A stretch of 62,929 bases of DNA, filler included, from Octopus bimaculoides (lineage: Eukaryota): assembly GCF_001194135.2 (NCBI RefSeq). It is 4 parts of 3 records of this genome, joined end to end, with 100 filler letters (N's around TTAATTAATTAA, not from the genome) between each part and the next. Parts side by side here need not be neighbours in the genome. Positions count along the whole stretch, not along the records: positions 1 to 23,094 come from NC_069001.1; 3 more parts are not named here. One strand, 5' to 3'. Shown piece by piece: positions 11,589-22,268 of this stretch. The notes below the pieces were generated by a model. The model was not told the origin of the DNA, searched no databases, and worked only from the letters and a program-made list of their open reading frames with translations. The position numbers and the translations under genes were made by a program. How positions within the stretch are numbered: position 1 is the first letter of the stretch; the number at the start of each line of letters is the position of its first letter.

Positions 11589-11869
11589 GACGAGAGAGAA
11601 TGAGGGGGAGGTCACTATTTACTTCCTTTCGATGATGTCTCTTCCTCTCCGGCTCTCTCAGCTACATCACATTTCCACACAAACATACACATACAGAAAC
11701 ACATACACAAACACATACACTGTGGTTAATTTTTTTTTACAGTGGCAGGGAGAGATAAAACCACGATAATTGAATGGAAGTTGTGATGGTATTGGTGGAG
11801 TAGGAGGTGGCGTCGGCATAGGAAGAGGAAGAAAAAGGAAAAAGAAGAAAGCTATTGATAGTGTGGATT

Positions 11870-11903
<34 letters not shown>

Positions 11904-12284
11904 TCTACATATATGTTAGCGTGTGTAATTGTCCGTATGTGTATGTGTCTCTGTGTATCGATATATGTGTGTTTATGTGTCTGTGTGCAGAAATATCCAC
12001 AAGGGGTTGGCGATGTATTGACGGAATGTTCCAGTATTCTGTGCAGACAAACCAAGTTAGTTTCTCTTAGATTCTTTGATGCTTCTCGTCAGACGAGACT
12101 AAAATAATACACAGCTAATTCCAGTCGCAAAATCAATTTAGCGAACGCTGCCAGAATCGCCCAAGCTGGACAACTTTAATACATGGTTGACGCAATTTGC
12201 CTCGTTCTTTAAACGCATCGACTCAGATATAAATGGTTCTATGGCACGAACAAATTCATTTCCTTTCTCATTCTTCATCCATTC

Positions 12285-12381
12285 TCTCTCTCTCTTTCTC
12301 CCACTCTTTCTCTCCCCCTCTCTCTCTCTCCCACTCTTTCTCTCCCTCTCGTTTATTTTTCTCCTTTATCTTTCTCTCTTT

Positions 12382-12412
<31 letters not shown>

Positions 12413-12845
12413 GTCTCTCTCTCTCCCTCCCTCTCTCTCTATCTTTCTATCTATCTATTTTTCTCTCTCATCCCCTCTTTTCTTCTCATTTCTCCTTTTC
12501 GTCCTTTTCCTCCAGTCTTTCTCTCTTTCTGTCTACTTCTTTCTCCCTCTCTCTCTCCCTCCTTCCATCTCTCTCTCTCTTTCTCTCTCTTTCTCTGTAT
12601 TATATGTATATACATATATATATATATATGTATATGTATGTATGTGTATATGTATGTATGTGTATATGTATGTATGTGTATATGTATGTATGTGTATATG
12701 TATGTATGTGTATATGTATGTATGTGTATGTGTATGTATGTGTATATGTATGTATGTGTATATGTATGTATGTGTATATGTATGTATGTGTATATGTATG
12801 TATGTATGTATGTGTATATGTATGTATGTGTGTATATATATATAT
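12285..12845. repeat. Polypyrimidine (CT-rich) tract followed by a compound (TATG/TG)n microsatellite
   Basis: Direct reading. Confidence 0.9.
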
Positions 12846-13311
12846 CAATTTAACCAGAACTACGTTTTCTTCAACTTGCCACAGATATTTCCCCTTTCGA
12901 CACAACAATTATTACAGAGAAGACCATTTTAATAATAATTAAAAACATATTCTCGTGTTTGTATAAACTAGCGTGAACACTCTCATTATACGTAACCATC
13001 GAATGAATGAATGAATAAATAAAGACAGACATATACTTACATCCACACATGTGTGCGCGCGCATCTGGTGTGTGTGTGTGTGTGTATGTGTGAGAATATA
13101 TGTCGGTAATATATATATATATATATATANNNNNNNNNNNNNNNNNNNNNNNNNNNNNNNNNNNNNNNNNNNNNNNNNNNNNNNNNNNNNNNNNNNNNNN
13201 NNNNNNNNNNNNNNNNNNNNNNNNNNNNNCATGAATGTATGCATATATGTTTATGTATATATGTATATACACACACACAGAGCAAAGAAATTATGAAAGA
13301 TCCAAACTTAC

Positions 13312-13410
13312 TTTAACATAATTTCCGCGATGAAAGACACAAGATTCCCTGAAGAGGCGAGCTCTGAAGACGTCCCATTTGTCCAGAAGATCAGCAACTG
13401 GGTCAGCATA
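13312..13410 (-). CDS. CTDSPL: CTDSP exon ([33 protein letters not shown])
   Basis: cttcttacag|TAT GCT GAC...GTT AAA|gtaagt. 99 bp, phase 0/0, read by hand; continues the SCP domain. Confidence 0.97.
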
Positions 13411-13659
13411 CTGTAAGAAGGGAGATAAAGCGATAGAGAATATTGTCACTGTTAGGACTAGAGACAGGAAACATCACCATAAACACCCAGGAATCTTGTA
13501 CACAACATATTAATGACACACAGTATCACACATCACAACATATTAGGATATATCTCCACTAACAACACAAAATACCAAAAAATTTCAGATTTCAACAGCA
13601 CAATTTTACATTTAGTATTTTAGACAGATACATTTTACCATCTACACATCATATTTCAA

Positions 13660-14720
13660 CTAACATTGTAACCCTGCCAACATGATCTAACTCACACACT
13701 GTAACCTTCTCCACTGTACCAACACTAGTGTTCAGACTTCTGCACTGTACCCCCACTAACCTGCTCTAACTTTAATACTGTACCCCATCACATATGTGCA
13801 GACTGTTATTCTGTACTCATCATCATCGTCGTTTAATGTCCACTTTCCATGCTAGCATGGGTTGGATTATTTGACTGAGGACTGGTGGACCAGGAGGCGA
13901 CACCAGGCTCCAATCTGATTTGGCAGAGTTTCTACAGCTGGGTGCCCTTCCTAACACCAACCACTCCGAGAATGTAGTGGGTGCTTTTAGGTGCCACTGG
14001 CACGAAGGCCAGTCAGGCGGTACTGGCGATGGCCACGCTCGAAATGGTGTATTTTACATGCGACCTGCACAGGAGCCAGTCCATCGGCACTGGCAACGAT
14101 CTCGCTCGAAATGGTGTATTTTACGTGTCACCTGCACAGGAGCCAGTCCATCGGCACTGGCAACGATCTTGCTCGAATGTCTTTTCACGTGCCACTGGCA
14201 CAAGTGCCAGGAAGTAACGTTAGTAACGATCACGCTGGTACTATTTCTTGTCGGCCATATTAAGATTCTCACATGCTACCACCCAGACAACATGTCTACA
14301 CTTCTACACTAACCCCAGCAACATATATTAGCTTTCACACTGTACCCCCATCAACATGTTCTAATTCTCACACTGTATCACCCACTAGTGTTTAAACTTC
14401 TGCACTGTACCCCACCAACCTGCTCTAACTCTTATACTGTACCACCATCACATATGTTCAAATTGTTACACTGTCAACATATTAAGACTCCCACACTGTT
14501 CCACCTAGACATGTCTACACTTATATACGATCCCAGCAGCATATTTGAACTTCCATACTGTACCACAAACACATGTTCACACAGTCACACTATACCTTTA
14601 TGGACATGTTAAAACTTCCACATTATATCAACCGCATATATTTAAACTTCCACAGTATCTGCCACACAAACTATCTAGATTTCATGTACACCGCACATAC
14701 ACTTATTACACACTAGCACA
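13660..14720. repeat. Degenerate ~30-bp minisatellite (cacactgtacccc..acatgttc.aact) interrupted by the 13817-14240 retroposon
   Basis: Recurrent cactgtac/acatg words; block 13715-13815 resembles 14365-14470. Confidence 0.6.
13817..14240 (-). mobile_element. SINE/RTE-tailed retroposon with internal ~67-bp tandem units
   Basis: Element-strand tail ccaacccatgctagcatggaaagtggacattaaacgacgatgatgatg is an RTE-type 3-prime end; unit ctcgaaatggtgtattttac..cctgcacaggagccagtccatcggcactggcaacgat is repeated. Confidence 0.7.
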
Positions 14721-14771
14721 CTTATTTACAGATTCACAGAAAATGAAGAGAAGAGTGAAGCACTGATTTAC

Positions 14772-14864
14772 CTTAGCTAAGCTGGCAGTAAATAAAACAC
14801 ACTCATAAAGTTCTCCCATTTTCTGGAGAAATTCATCAACATAAGGCCGCTTTAAAACGTAGAC
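14772..14864 (-). CDS. CTDSPL: CTDSP exon ([31 protein letters not shown])
   Basis: tttctag|GTC TAC GTT...GCT AAG|gtaaat. 93 bp, phase 0/0, read by hand (only partly in the ORF track); near-identical to the SCP VYVLKRP...FTASLAK block. Confidence 0.97.
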
Positions 14865-15109
14865 CTAGAAATGAAACGAGACAGAAAGAGAAAGAGCAAT
14901 AAGAGGTGAACTTACATCGAGATATATGCATGTATACACTGTAATATATATATATATATATATGAAAAGAAAAGTAGAGTTGTATTTTAATGTACAGGTG
15001 TACATGTGCATATTTATCAATGGATTGTTATGTATACATCTATGTAAAGGTATTAAGAGATTTTTTACATATACAAGTACATGAAAAGAGAAACGTACTT
15101 TAAAATATA

Positions 15110-16373
15110 TCAGGCTGAGTAGAAAGTAAGCAATGTTTTGAGACATGAAACTCATCACAAAATATTTCAACAGTGTGGAAATTTTATTCATCAAAGTAAG
15201 TACCATTACAATCAACACACATCTGCCAAGTTACAAGTTTGTTTATTCCGGTAACATAAAAATCTGGAGTTCTGGTGCTGGTGAACTCTTTGGACGCACT
15301 TTCAGCATTGGCTTGATTTTTGAACTCCTTCTCTCGCAGGAAACCATCAAGGTGCTTGAAAAAGTGGTAGTCGGTAGGAGAAAGGTCTGGGGAATAAGCT
15401 GGGTGGGGAAGAACTTCATAGCCAAGTATCTTCAACTTCTGGAGTGTCATTAGTGAAACGTGTGGTCAAGCATTGTCATGAAGAATGATCAGTCCTCTTA
15501 TGTTGACCAGTCTGAGACAGCGGAGTAGCAGTTTGTCATTCATTTTGGCAATTTCATTGCAATATGGTTTTTCCGGGTTTAAAGAAGTTATTGTGGCTGA
15601 GTCTAGCAGTACACTGCCAATCAGTCACCATAACCTTCTTTTTGAACAGGTAGGGTTTAAAGAAGGTTTCCAGTGCCTCATCTTGGTCCAACCATTGCGA
15701 AGAACGTTTTTTATTATTATACAGAATCCACTTTTCATCACAAGTTACAATACAGTCGAGAAATGGATCGGTCTGGTTACAGAGAAAAAGCAATGAGCAA
15801 ATTTCATATCTGCGAATTTACTGATTTTCATTCAAATCGTGTGGTACCCATTTGTCAAACTTTTTTGATTTTCCGATCGCATGCAAGTGGTTGCAGGCAG
15901 TTTTCTGGCTAACTTGAAATTCTTTTGTCAGTTCTCGAGTGGTTTTACGTAGATCTTTCTCAATGACAGTCTTTAATTGACCATCATCAATAACAGATCA
16001 GTGTCCACTACGCTCATGATCTTCAAGGCTCAGGTCTCCACTGTGAAATTGTTTAAACCATTTTCAAGCTGACCACTCACTGGTCATTTCCTCACCAAAT
16101 GTTTTGTTGATATTGCAAACAGTTTCAGCTACTTTATGTCCTTTTTTGAAGTTGAATAGCAAAATTGCTTGAATACCGCACTTTGACAGCTCCATTTCAG
16201 ATGATTGTAACAACGGTGAAAAAAATATGTTAATTTATTGATGCATTTGGGCAAGTCTATGCCTGTATTATCAGACAATTGCAAAAAATATATTTAAAAA
16301 ATTCAAAACTCTGCAAAAATCCAGTACAAATTCTTCATAGTTCAAAACATTGCTTATTTTTTACTCAACCTGA
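15110..16373 (-). mobile_element. Full-length mariner (DD34D, cecropia/Hsmar1-like), inactive, inside a CTDSP intron
   Basis: 32-bp TIRs at 15110-15141 and 16342-16373 (29/32 identical by my alignment), TA on both flanks, 1264 bp long. Transposase motifs WVPH, TCDEKW, YSPDLSPTDYHFF. Confidence 0.95.
15184..16195 (-). pseudogene. Mariner transposase pseudogene
   Basis: ATG at 16195 (MELSKCGIQAILLFNFKKGHK...), then ...KFDKWVPHDLNEN, PFLDCIVTCDEKWILYNNKKR, LGYEVLPHPAYSPDLSPTDYHFFKHLDGFL...CVDCNGTYFDE*. Interrupted by stops and frameshifts. Confidence 0.92.
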
Positions 16374-16417
16374 TATATATATATATGTATGTATGTATGT
16401 ATGTGTGTATGTATGTA

Positions 16418-16473
<56 letters not shown>

Positions 16474-16475
<2 letters not shown>

Positions 16476-16815
16476 GAGCCATGGCTGTATGGTAAGAAGT
16501 TTGCATCTCAACTACATGGTGCTAGGTTCAGTCCCAGAGTGTAGCATCTTCGACAAGTATCCAAGCATCTCCTAATATAGCCTCAGGGCAACCAAACCCT
16601 TATGAGTGGATTTGGTACATGGATACTGAAAGAAGCCTGTCACAAATATATATCTATATGTATGTGGTGGTGGGGTCTTTGTGTTTTGTATTTTTCCACC
16701 ACCAGCACCACTTGACAACTAGTGTTGGTGTGTTTATGTCCCCATAACTTAGTGGTTTACCAAAAAGGAACCCAACAAAATAAGTACCGAGCTTAAACAA
16801 GAGGCACTGGGGTCA
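16474..16815 (+). mobile_element. Family C SINE inside a CTDSP intron, heavily CpG-decayed
   Basis: Colinear with the 52485-52905 and 54561-54882 copies, with CpG sites mutated. Confidence 0.8.
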
Positions 16816-18081
16816 GGTGTGTGTAACAAATTACCTGCTAAATCAATCAGCCTCCAAAGATGAGGGAGAACTGACAACCATTTCCAGGATAAACATCAAC
16901 AAAGATACCCTTACACGGCCAGTCAAGCGACCGTGTAAGGGTAACCTTAGCCTAAACTCAACCTCATTAAAGACACTCCAACCATGACAACCTAGTCTTG
17001 TTTTTTAGGAATGCATCTGGGACTACATCGTCTGTGTCATTTCAGTTTTTACACAGTACAGTATGTGTATAAAATCAGAGAATTAGGCTGTTATTTCTAG
17101 CAGATAAAGATACAAAATAGGGGTTCACGTGTACACACAAATTGTAGGAATTAGACTTATTTCTAGCAAGGTTGAGGTACCAAATGGGAATTACCTCACA
17201 GAGTTAATAGCGTGTTAAAGAGTTATTTCCCTTGGTTCAAGTTTTTGTTTTTTAGATTTCAAACCACCTGGTCTTTGGAGGGAGCTTTTGTCTACTAATT
17301 ACATAAATAATCTCATCATATTAGACAGGCAGAGACGTTACAGTGTTGGGATAAACAGACTTACTGCTCCCTCACATTGCTACCATCATCATCATCATCA
17401 TCATCATCCTGGTTTAATATCTACTCTTCTGTCTGATGCATGCAGATGTGGTAGACTTTGTACAGTTGGATGCTGTTCCTGTCACCAACCCTCACCTTTT
17501 TCCAAACAAGGTAACATTTCCCCATGTGTGTGTGTGTGTGTGGTGTGCATGTCTTTCAGTGATAATTATGTATGCATATATTATTAAGCTTTATACTATA
17601 CAACATTATACATCCCTTTCAGCTAATTTAACCAATCAGTTTCACACAGAAAATAGGTAATTAGGTAATAAGCTAAGACAGCACTCATCAGAAGAAAGTA
17701 TGGTAACACAGATTCTTAGAAGACTAATCTATATGTATATGTATATATGTATATATGTGTGTGTATGTATCAGTAATAAAAAATGTATACATCAAAAGAG
17801 AGGATGAAAAAAAAATCTGTTTTGAAACAAAAATAACCTTTGTGATAATTGTTCTGCTCTGTTAGTCATTTCCTGTATCACTGTTGCCACCAGAAATGGA
17901 AATAAACCAGTGATTCTGCCCATTAGAATCATATGGCCAATAACATTTATTATTCATCAAATGCAAATGTAAAAGAAACAAATAACAAACAAGTCAAGAA
18001 AAAAAAATGACAACAACAAGCAGATTCAATAATAATAATAATAATAATAATGAGGAGGAGGATAAATAAATAAGCACTTAC

Positions 18082-18138
18082 TTGATGTGTAGTACCCTCG
18101 ATTTCCACAGGAACAATAAAATCTGCATTGTCTATAGG
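18082..18138 (-). CDS. CTDSPL: CTDSP exon (PIDNADFIVPVEIEGTTHQ)
   Basis: ctctttcag|CCT ATA GAC...CAT CAA|gtaagt. 57 bp, phase 0/0; corresponds to human SCP1 PVNNADFIIPVEIDGVVHQ. Confidence 0.97.
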
Positions 18139-18740
18139 CTGAAAGAGAATAATCAGTTTGTTATTCTTGGTCAATTCCTGAATTTGGAATTTCATAAATG
18201 ATAAAACAGTCACACATTCTTTGCTTGACCAGCCGAGATATTTGTCAGCTGGACAAAGCAGGCTTTGATATTTTGGTTTCTGTTACTGTTTGCAAACACA
18301 GGAGCTGCTTTATGCAGAGAGGTACAAAAGAGTCTTGTTCTTTAATTAAGCCTATCATCATAGACACTACAAGCAGTGTTGTTCTTAATCAAAGACGCTA
18401 CTGAGTGGGATGGCTCCGGGAGAGAGTGCAGGGTGCAATGGTATAGGAGAAGGTGAGCAACCATACAAAGCAACCACTGAATCACAACATGAAATGGTTA
18501 TTTACAGCAGCACCAAACTAACCATCCAGCCACTGTGATTATCCACACCTCTCAACTTTAAGGACTGAAAGTTTGGTTAGTTAATGCATTAACTGCCACA
18601 GCCTGTTACTGTACAAAAGACCATGATGGTCATGGTTGGAACATCTGTGATTGCAGGCCTCAAATAGCTTTAAACAACCACACTAGCACGACAAGAGAAG
18701 TCAGTTTGTAGCTACAATAACCCCAATTCTTAGATATGGC

Positions 18741-18824
18741 TGTTCAGCAAGGTGTGTTCAGCAAGGTGTGTTCAGCAAGGTGTGTTCAGCAAGGTGTGTT
18801 CAGCAAGGTGTGTTCAGCAAGGTG
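18741..18824. repeat. Perfect 14-bp tandem repeat x6 (tgttcagcaaggtg)
   Basis: Counted directly; lies in the CTDSP intron ~150 bp from the catalytic exon. Confidence 0.95.
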
Positions 18825-18975
18825 TTTGACTGTGTGCAAGCCATCAAAGACAGCAATGCCATTGATAGTAAGAGTATAAAGGCACCCAATCTGGGTAGAT
18901 AATTTGAAAGAGTCAGCAATCAATGTTCAGATGGATCACCAATGATAACAACGACAATAAGAACAAGCAGCTTAC

Positions 18976-19077
18976 CTTAAAAGAACTATGCACAAGGGTT
19001 TCATCCAGGTCTATAACCATACATTTCCTGAAAGGATGGTTGCTGTTAAGGGCAGGTAATAAATATCGCTCTCCTGG
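18976..19077 (-). CDS. CTDSPL: Small CTD phosphatase (CTDSP1/2/L, SCP/FCP1-like HAD family), internal exon carrying the DxDxT motif
   Basis: Minus strand: ttctcttccag|CCA GGA GAG...TTT AAG|gtaagc. 102 bp, phase 0/0, translates [34 protein letters not shown], matching the SCP signature [15 protein letters not shown]. Confidence 0.97.
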
Positions 19078-20269
19078 CTGGAAGAGAAGAAAATGCAGAA
19101 ACAAAAATTAAACACATGAAATTCCCAGCAGCAAAACGGGTTGTTTTTTAATTTTATTTTCTGAATTATGAATAATTAAAAAAACTAGATGCTTTTATCA
19201 TTTGCTAACAAGATGACCTACCCCTATCATTTAAATATTTTTTCTCTAACTCACCCATAAAAATAAGGGGATGGAAGGATTATATTTTAGTGGTTGGAGA
19301 AATGGGGTACTGAAACTAATACGGGTACAAGATCTCTTGTCTTAGTTACTAAATCTTCCAATAGAGATAATTTTTGATAGGTTAGAGTAATGAATATAAA
19401 ACACTGTGTAACATTTCTGTCATGGGGTAGCAATTGTAATTTCCTATTTGCTAACCCCTAGGATGTATAAAAAATGGCTAATATTCCCTTCAAACTTTGC
19501 TTTTGTTACATTTATTTAAACCCCAAAGAATCTCTCTCAGTACGTGGCTATGATGCTCCCTCACTACTTCTGCTCATGATCAGAGATGTACATATTGTCA
19601 GCTACTAAGGGACATGCTCAAGTGGTTACGGTCAAGCAACTGATAAGCAAATCTGTGGTATTGAACAGAATATTTGCTATAATGATATTTCTGCTTCAGC
19701 AACTCAGCGCTGAATCAGTCTGAAATGTAATGGCAAACTGGTCAGTTTCAAAACAGTGATGCCCAGGTCACAAAAGCAAAGTCTGAATAAAATGAAATTC
19801 CACTCAAGTATTAAGCTGATGGAATCAACTTGCACCCTGTTCCTCAACATTACTGGCCTTGTGCCAAAATTTGGAAGAATTCATATCCCCAAGTCCAACA
19901 GGACCAAAGCATGATGCCATGAGGAAGAGAAATATCAAAGTAAAAATGGGAAGGTTGGGGTTGGGGTGGGGGTGAAAGGGCGTCATTACCATAAGCCTAC
20001 ATTATTCAAGGTGAACCAGGGAAATAAATGTAACTAAAAGAAAAAACAATAAAGATCTCTCAGTGAGGGGTGATGGAGAAGAAATAATCTGTCTCCATGG
20101 AAACAACAACTCATAGGTAATGATAACAAAATGGGAATGAAACCCCAAGATGGTAGTAGTAGCAGTAGTAGTAGTAGTGACAGCAGTGGTAATGGTGGTG
20201 GTGGTGGTGGTGGTTTCGAGGGTGTGAATGTAGGAAATTCTAACTAATTCTGATTGGAACTCTGTCAGT

Positions 20270-20580
20270 TATGACAATGTGGGTTCCAGTTAATCTGATT
20301 AATGGAACAGCTGGCTCTTGAAATTAACATGCGAGTGGTTTACCATTCCACAAACACATATTAAGGGGACCCTTAATGTAGTTCTCAGGGAGGTTCAGTA
20401 TGACACAGGATGTGACATGTCTGGCCCTTTGAATTCCATGGGCTACTCATTTTTGCCAGCTGAGCCGGACTGAAGCAACATGAAATGAATTGTCTTGTCC
20501 AAGGACAGAACATACTCCCAGGAATCGAACTCACAACCATATGATCGCAAGCCAAATACCCTAACCACTAACCCAAGCAC
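20270..20580 (-). mobile_element. tRNA-SINE sharing the family B 3-prime module but with a different head, heavily CpG-decayed
   Basis: gggttccagttaatctgattaatggaacag...ccttaatgtagttctcaggg matches family B; then ttgccagctgag...gtcttgtccaaggacagaac...ggaatcgaactc (different middle and head). Confidence 0.8.
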
Positions 20581-22268
20581 CTTCACAGAGACTAACATCC
20601 TGTTAAATAGATGCTAATGTCTTACCCCCATACACCCCCCCCACCATTCTACACCACTCAACCTTTGTCCAGTTTCCCCCACACAACACCAAGCACTATT
20701 AGAACCACCATCATCATCATCAGCATCGTCACCACTACACCTACAAAACAACTTGTTGCAGTTATACACATGCAAAAAGAGGTGGGAGGTGAGCAGAAAG
20801 AGTGCAAAGGCAAAATATAACATAATAAAATTTAAATAAAATTAAAATGGGGAACAATGAAATGGTGGCTCAGATTGAAATAAGAACTGGATGGAGGTGT
20901 AAATATTTATAAAGATGACCAAACTGTGTAACAAAGTTTAAAACAAAAAGAAAATACACTTAAGATAAAGGGTGAACTCCCCCTTCCTTCGTATTTGTCG
21001 TTCCCTCCTTTCTATTTATCCATTCCTCCTTCCTTCCTTCCTATCTATCTTTCCTGTTTTTCCTTCTTTAATTATAAATTATATATGTGTGTGTGTGTAG
21101 TTGCCAATCTTTCTCCGCTGAAGATGTAGGTTGGCTTTACAGTATGTTTATATGCATCCACTATTGACTGCATACACAAGACTTTCTGCACACTCCATCT
21201 GCCAATGTTACAACTATTACAACTATTCTGAGTCCCCAGAAACAGCTGTAAAGCCTGAAATACCATACCCTATCACCTTATTTTTCTGTATCTTTTTTCT
21301 ACTCCACGTAAATTTATTCCATAAATATATCTTTATGCTTATACACAAGTGTTTATCTTCTGACTATTTTCAGTTTTTGTTTCTCTCTATATATATCCCT
21401 ATATATATTTACATGTGTGTATGTATAACATATATTTTATATATCAAGCCCAAGTGTGTTTATTGACATCACTATCTCTCTCTCTGTCACTGTCAGGCTT
21501 TTCTTCACAAAATTTTGATAAATATGTCCTCTACCAAAAATATTGAGTAAAATCCTTTAGTTTAATGTTAAATTGTTTTTATATATAATCTGATATAAAA
21601 ACAAGCATTAACATATATGTGTGTATCTGTTTGTTATTGATGTGATAAAAATTTAGTAACTTCAAGAACTTGAAATAATACCGTTTTGGAACGGTGAATA
21701 CTGAAGGAGAATAAAGCTACAAATAATAATGTGTGAATATCAAGTTAGAAAAAACTCTCTTTAGAACAGAAAAAGTCAAAGACCAGTTGTTCCATAATAA
21801 ACATATCATTTAATACATACAATATATAGATGTGATCTACTAAAAGTTTCATGCCATGAAAACACAATAATTCAGCAAATACCTTCTGTCTCCAAGCAAT
21901 CCTTCAGGCTCAATATACATGGCTGGTTTTAATTGCAAAACATGATGTTGATCTGTAAATCTGCCAAATTATTGTGTTTCCATGATATAAAACTATTAGT
22001 AATCTCTTATTTAAATACGGTGTATATTAAATGACAGTTATCTCTCACTGGAGGGAGTGCTGTTCTTGCTGATCCTAACAATAACAGAAATGTAACTCCC
22101 CACCACACACACACACAAATGCACATTCAAAAATTAGATAAACTCCAGGTAACATATGTATCATAACTAGCAAAACCTTGGAAGTAGTAAACAGAGGAGT
22201 AGACCGCAAGCTACACTTCAGGCCAAGGATATCTTGATTGTACGTTTACATTTTTGTTACGAAACCTC

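Noticed and set aside
13920-14312. 130-aa ORF with internal repeats
   Set aside because: It is the antisense reading of a SINE/RTE-tailed repeat with 67-bp units.
18741-18824. CRISPR-like appearance of short direct repeats (also 7096-7162, 14030-14180, 25744-25828)
   Set aside because: No unique spacers of constant length and no cas genes; the context is eukaryotic.
13411-19100. miR-26-like intronic miRNA as in vertebrate CTDSP genes
   Set aside because: I saw no TTCAAGTAAT-type mature sequence in a hairpin within the introns, and miR-26 is to my knowledge vertebrate-restricted.
21883-21952. Candidate upstream CTDSP exon on the minus strand (tttacag|ATCAAC...AGAAG|gtattt; QHHVLQLKPAMYIEPEGLLGDR)
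   Set aside because: The only open frame ends in phase 2, incompatible with the phase-0 acceptor at 19077, and it has no similarity to SCP N-termini.
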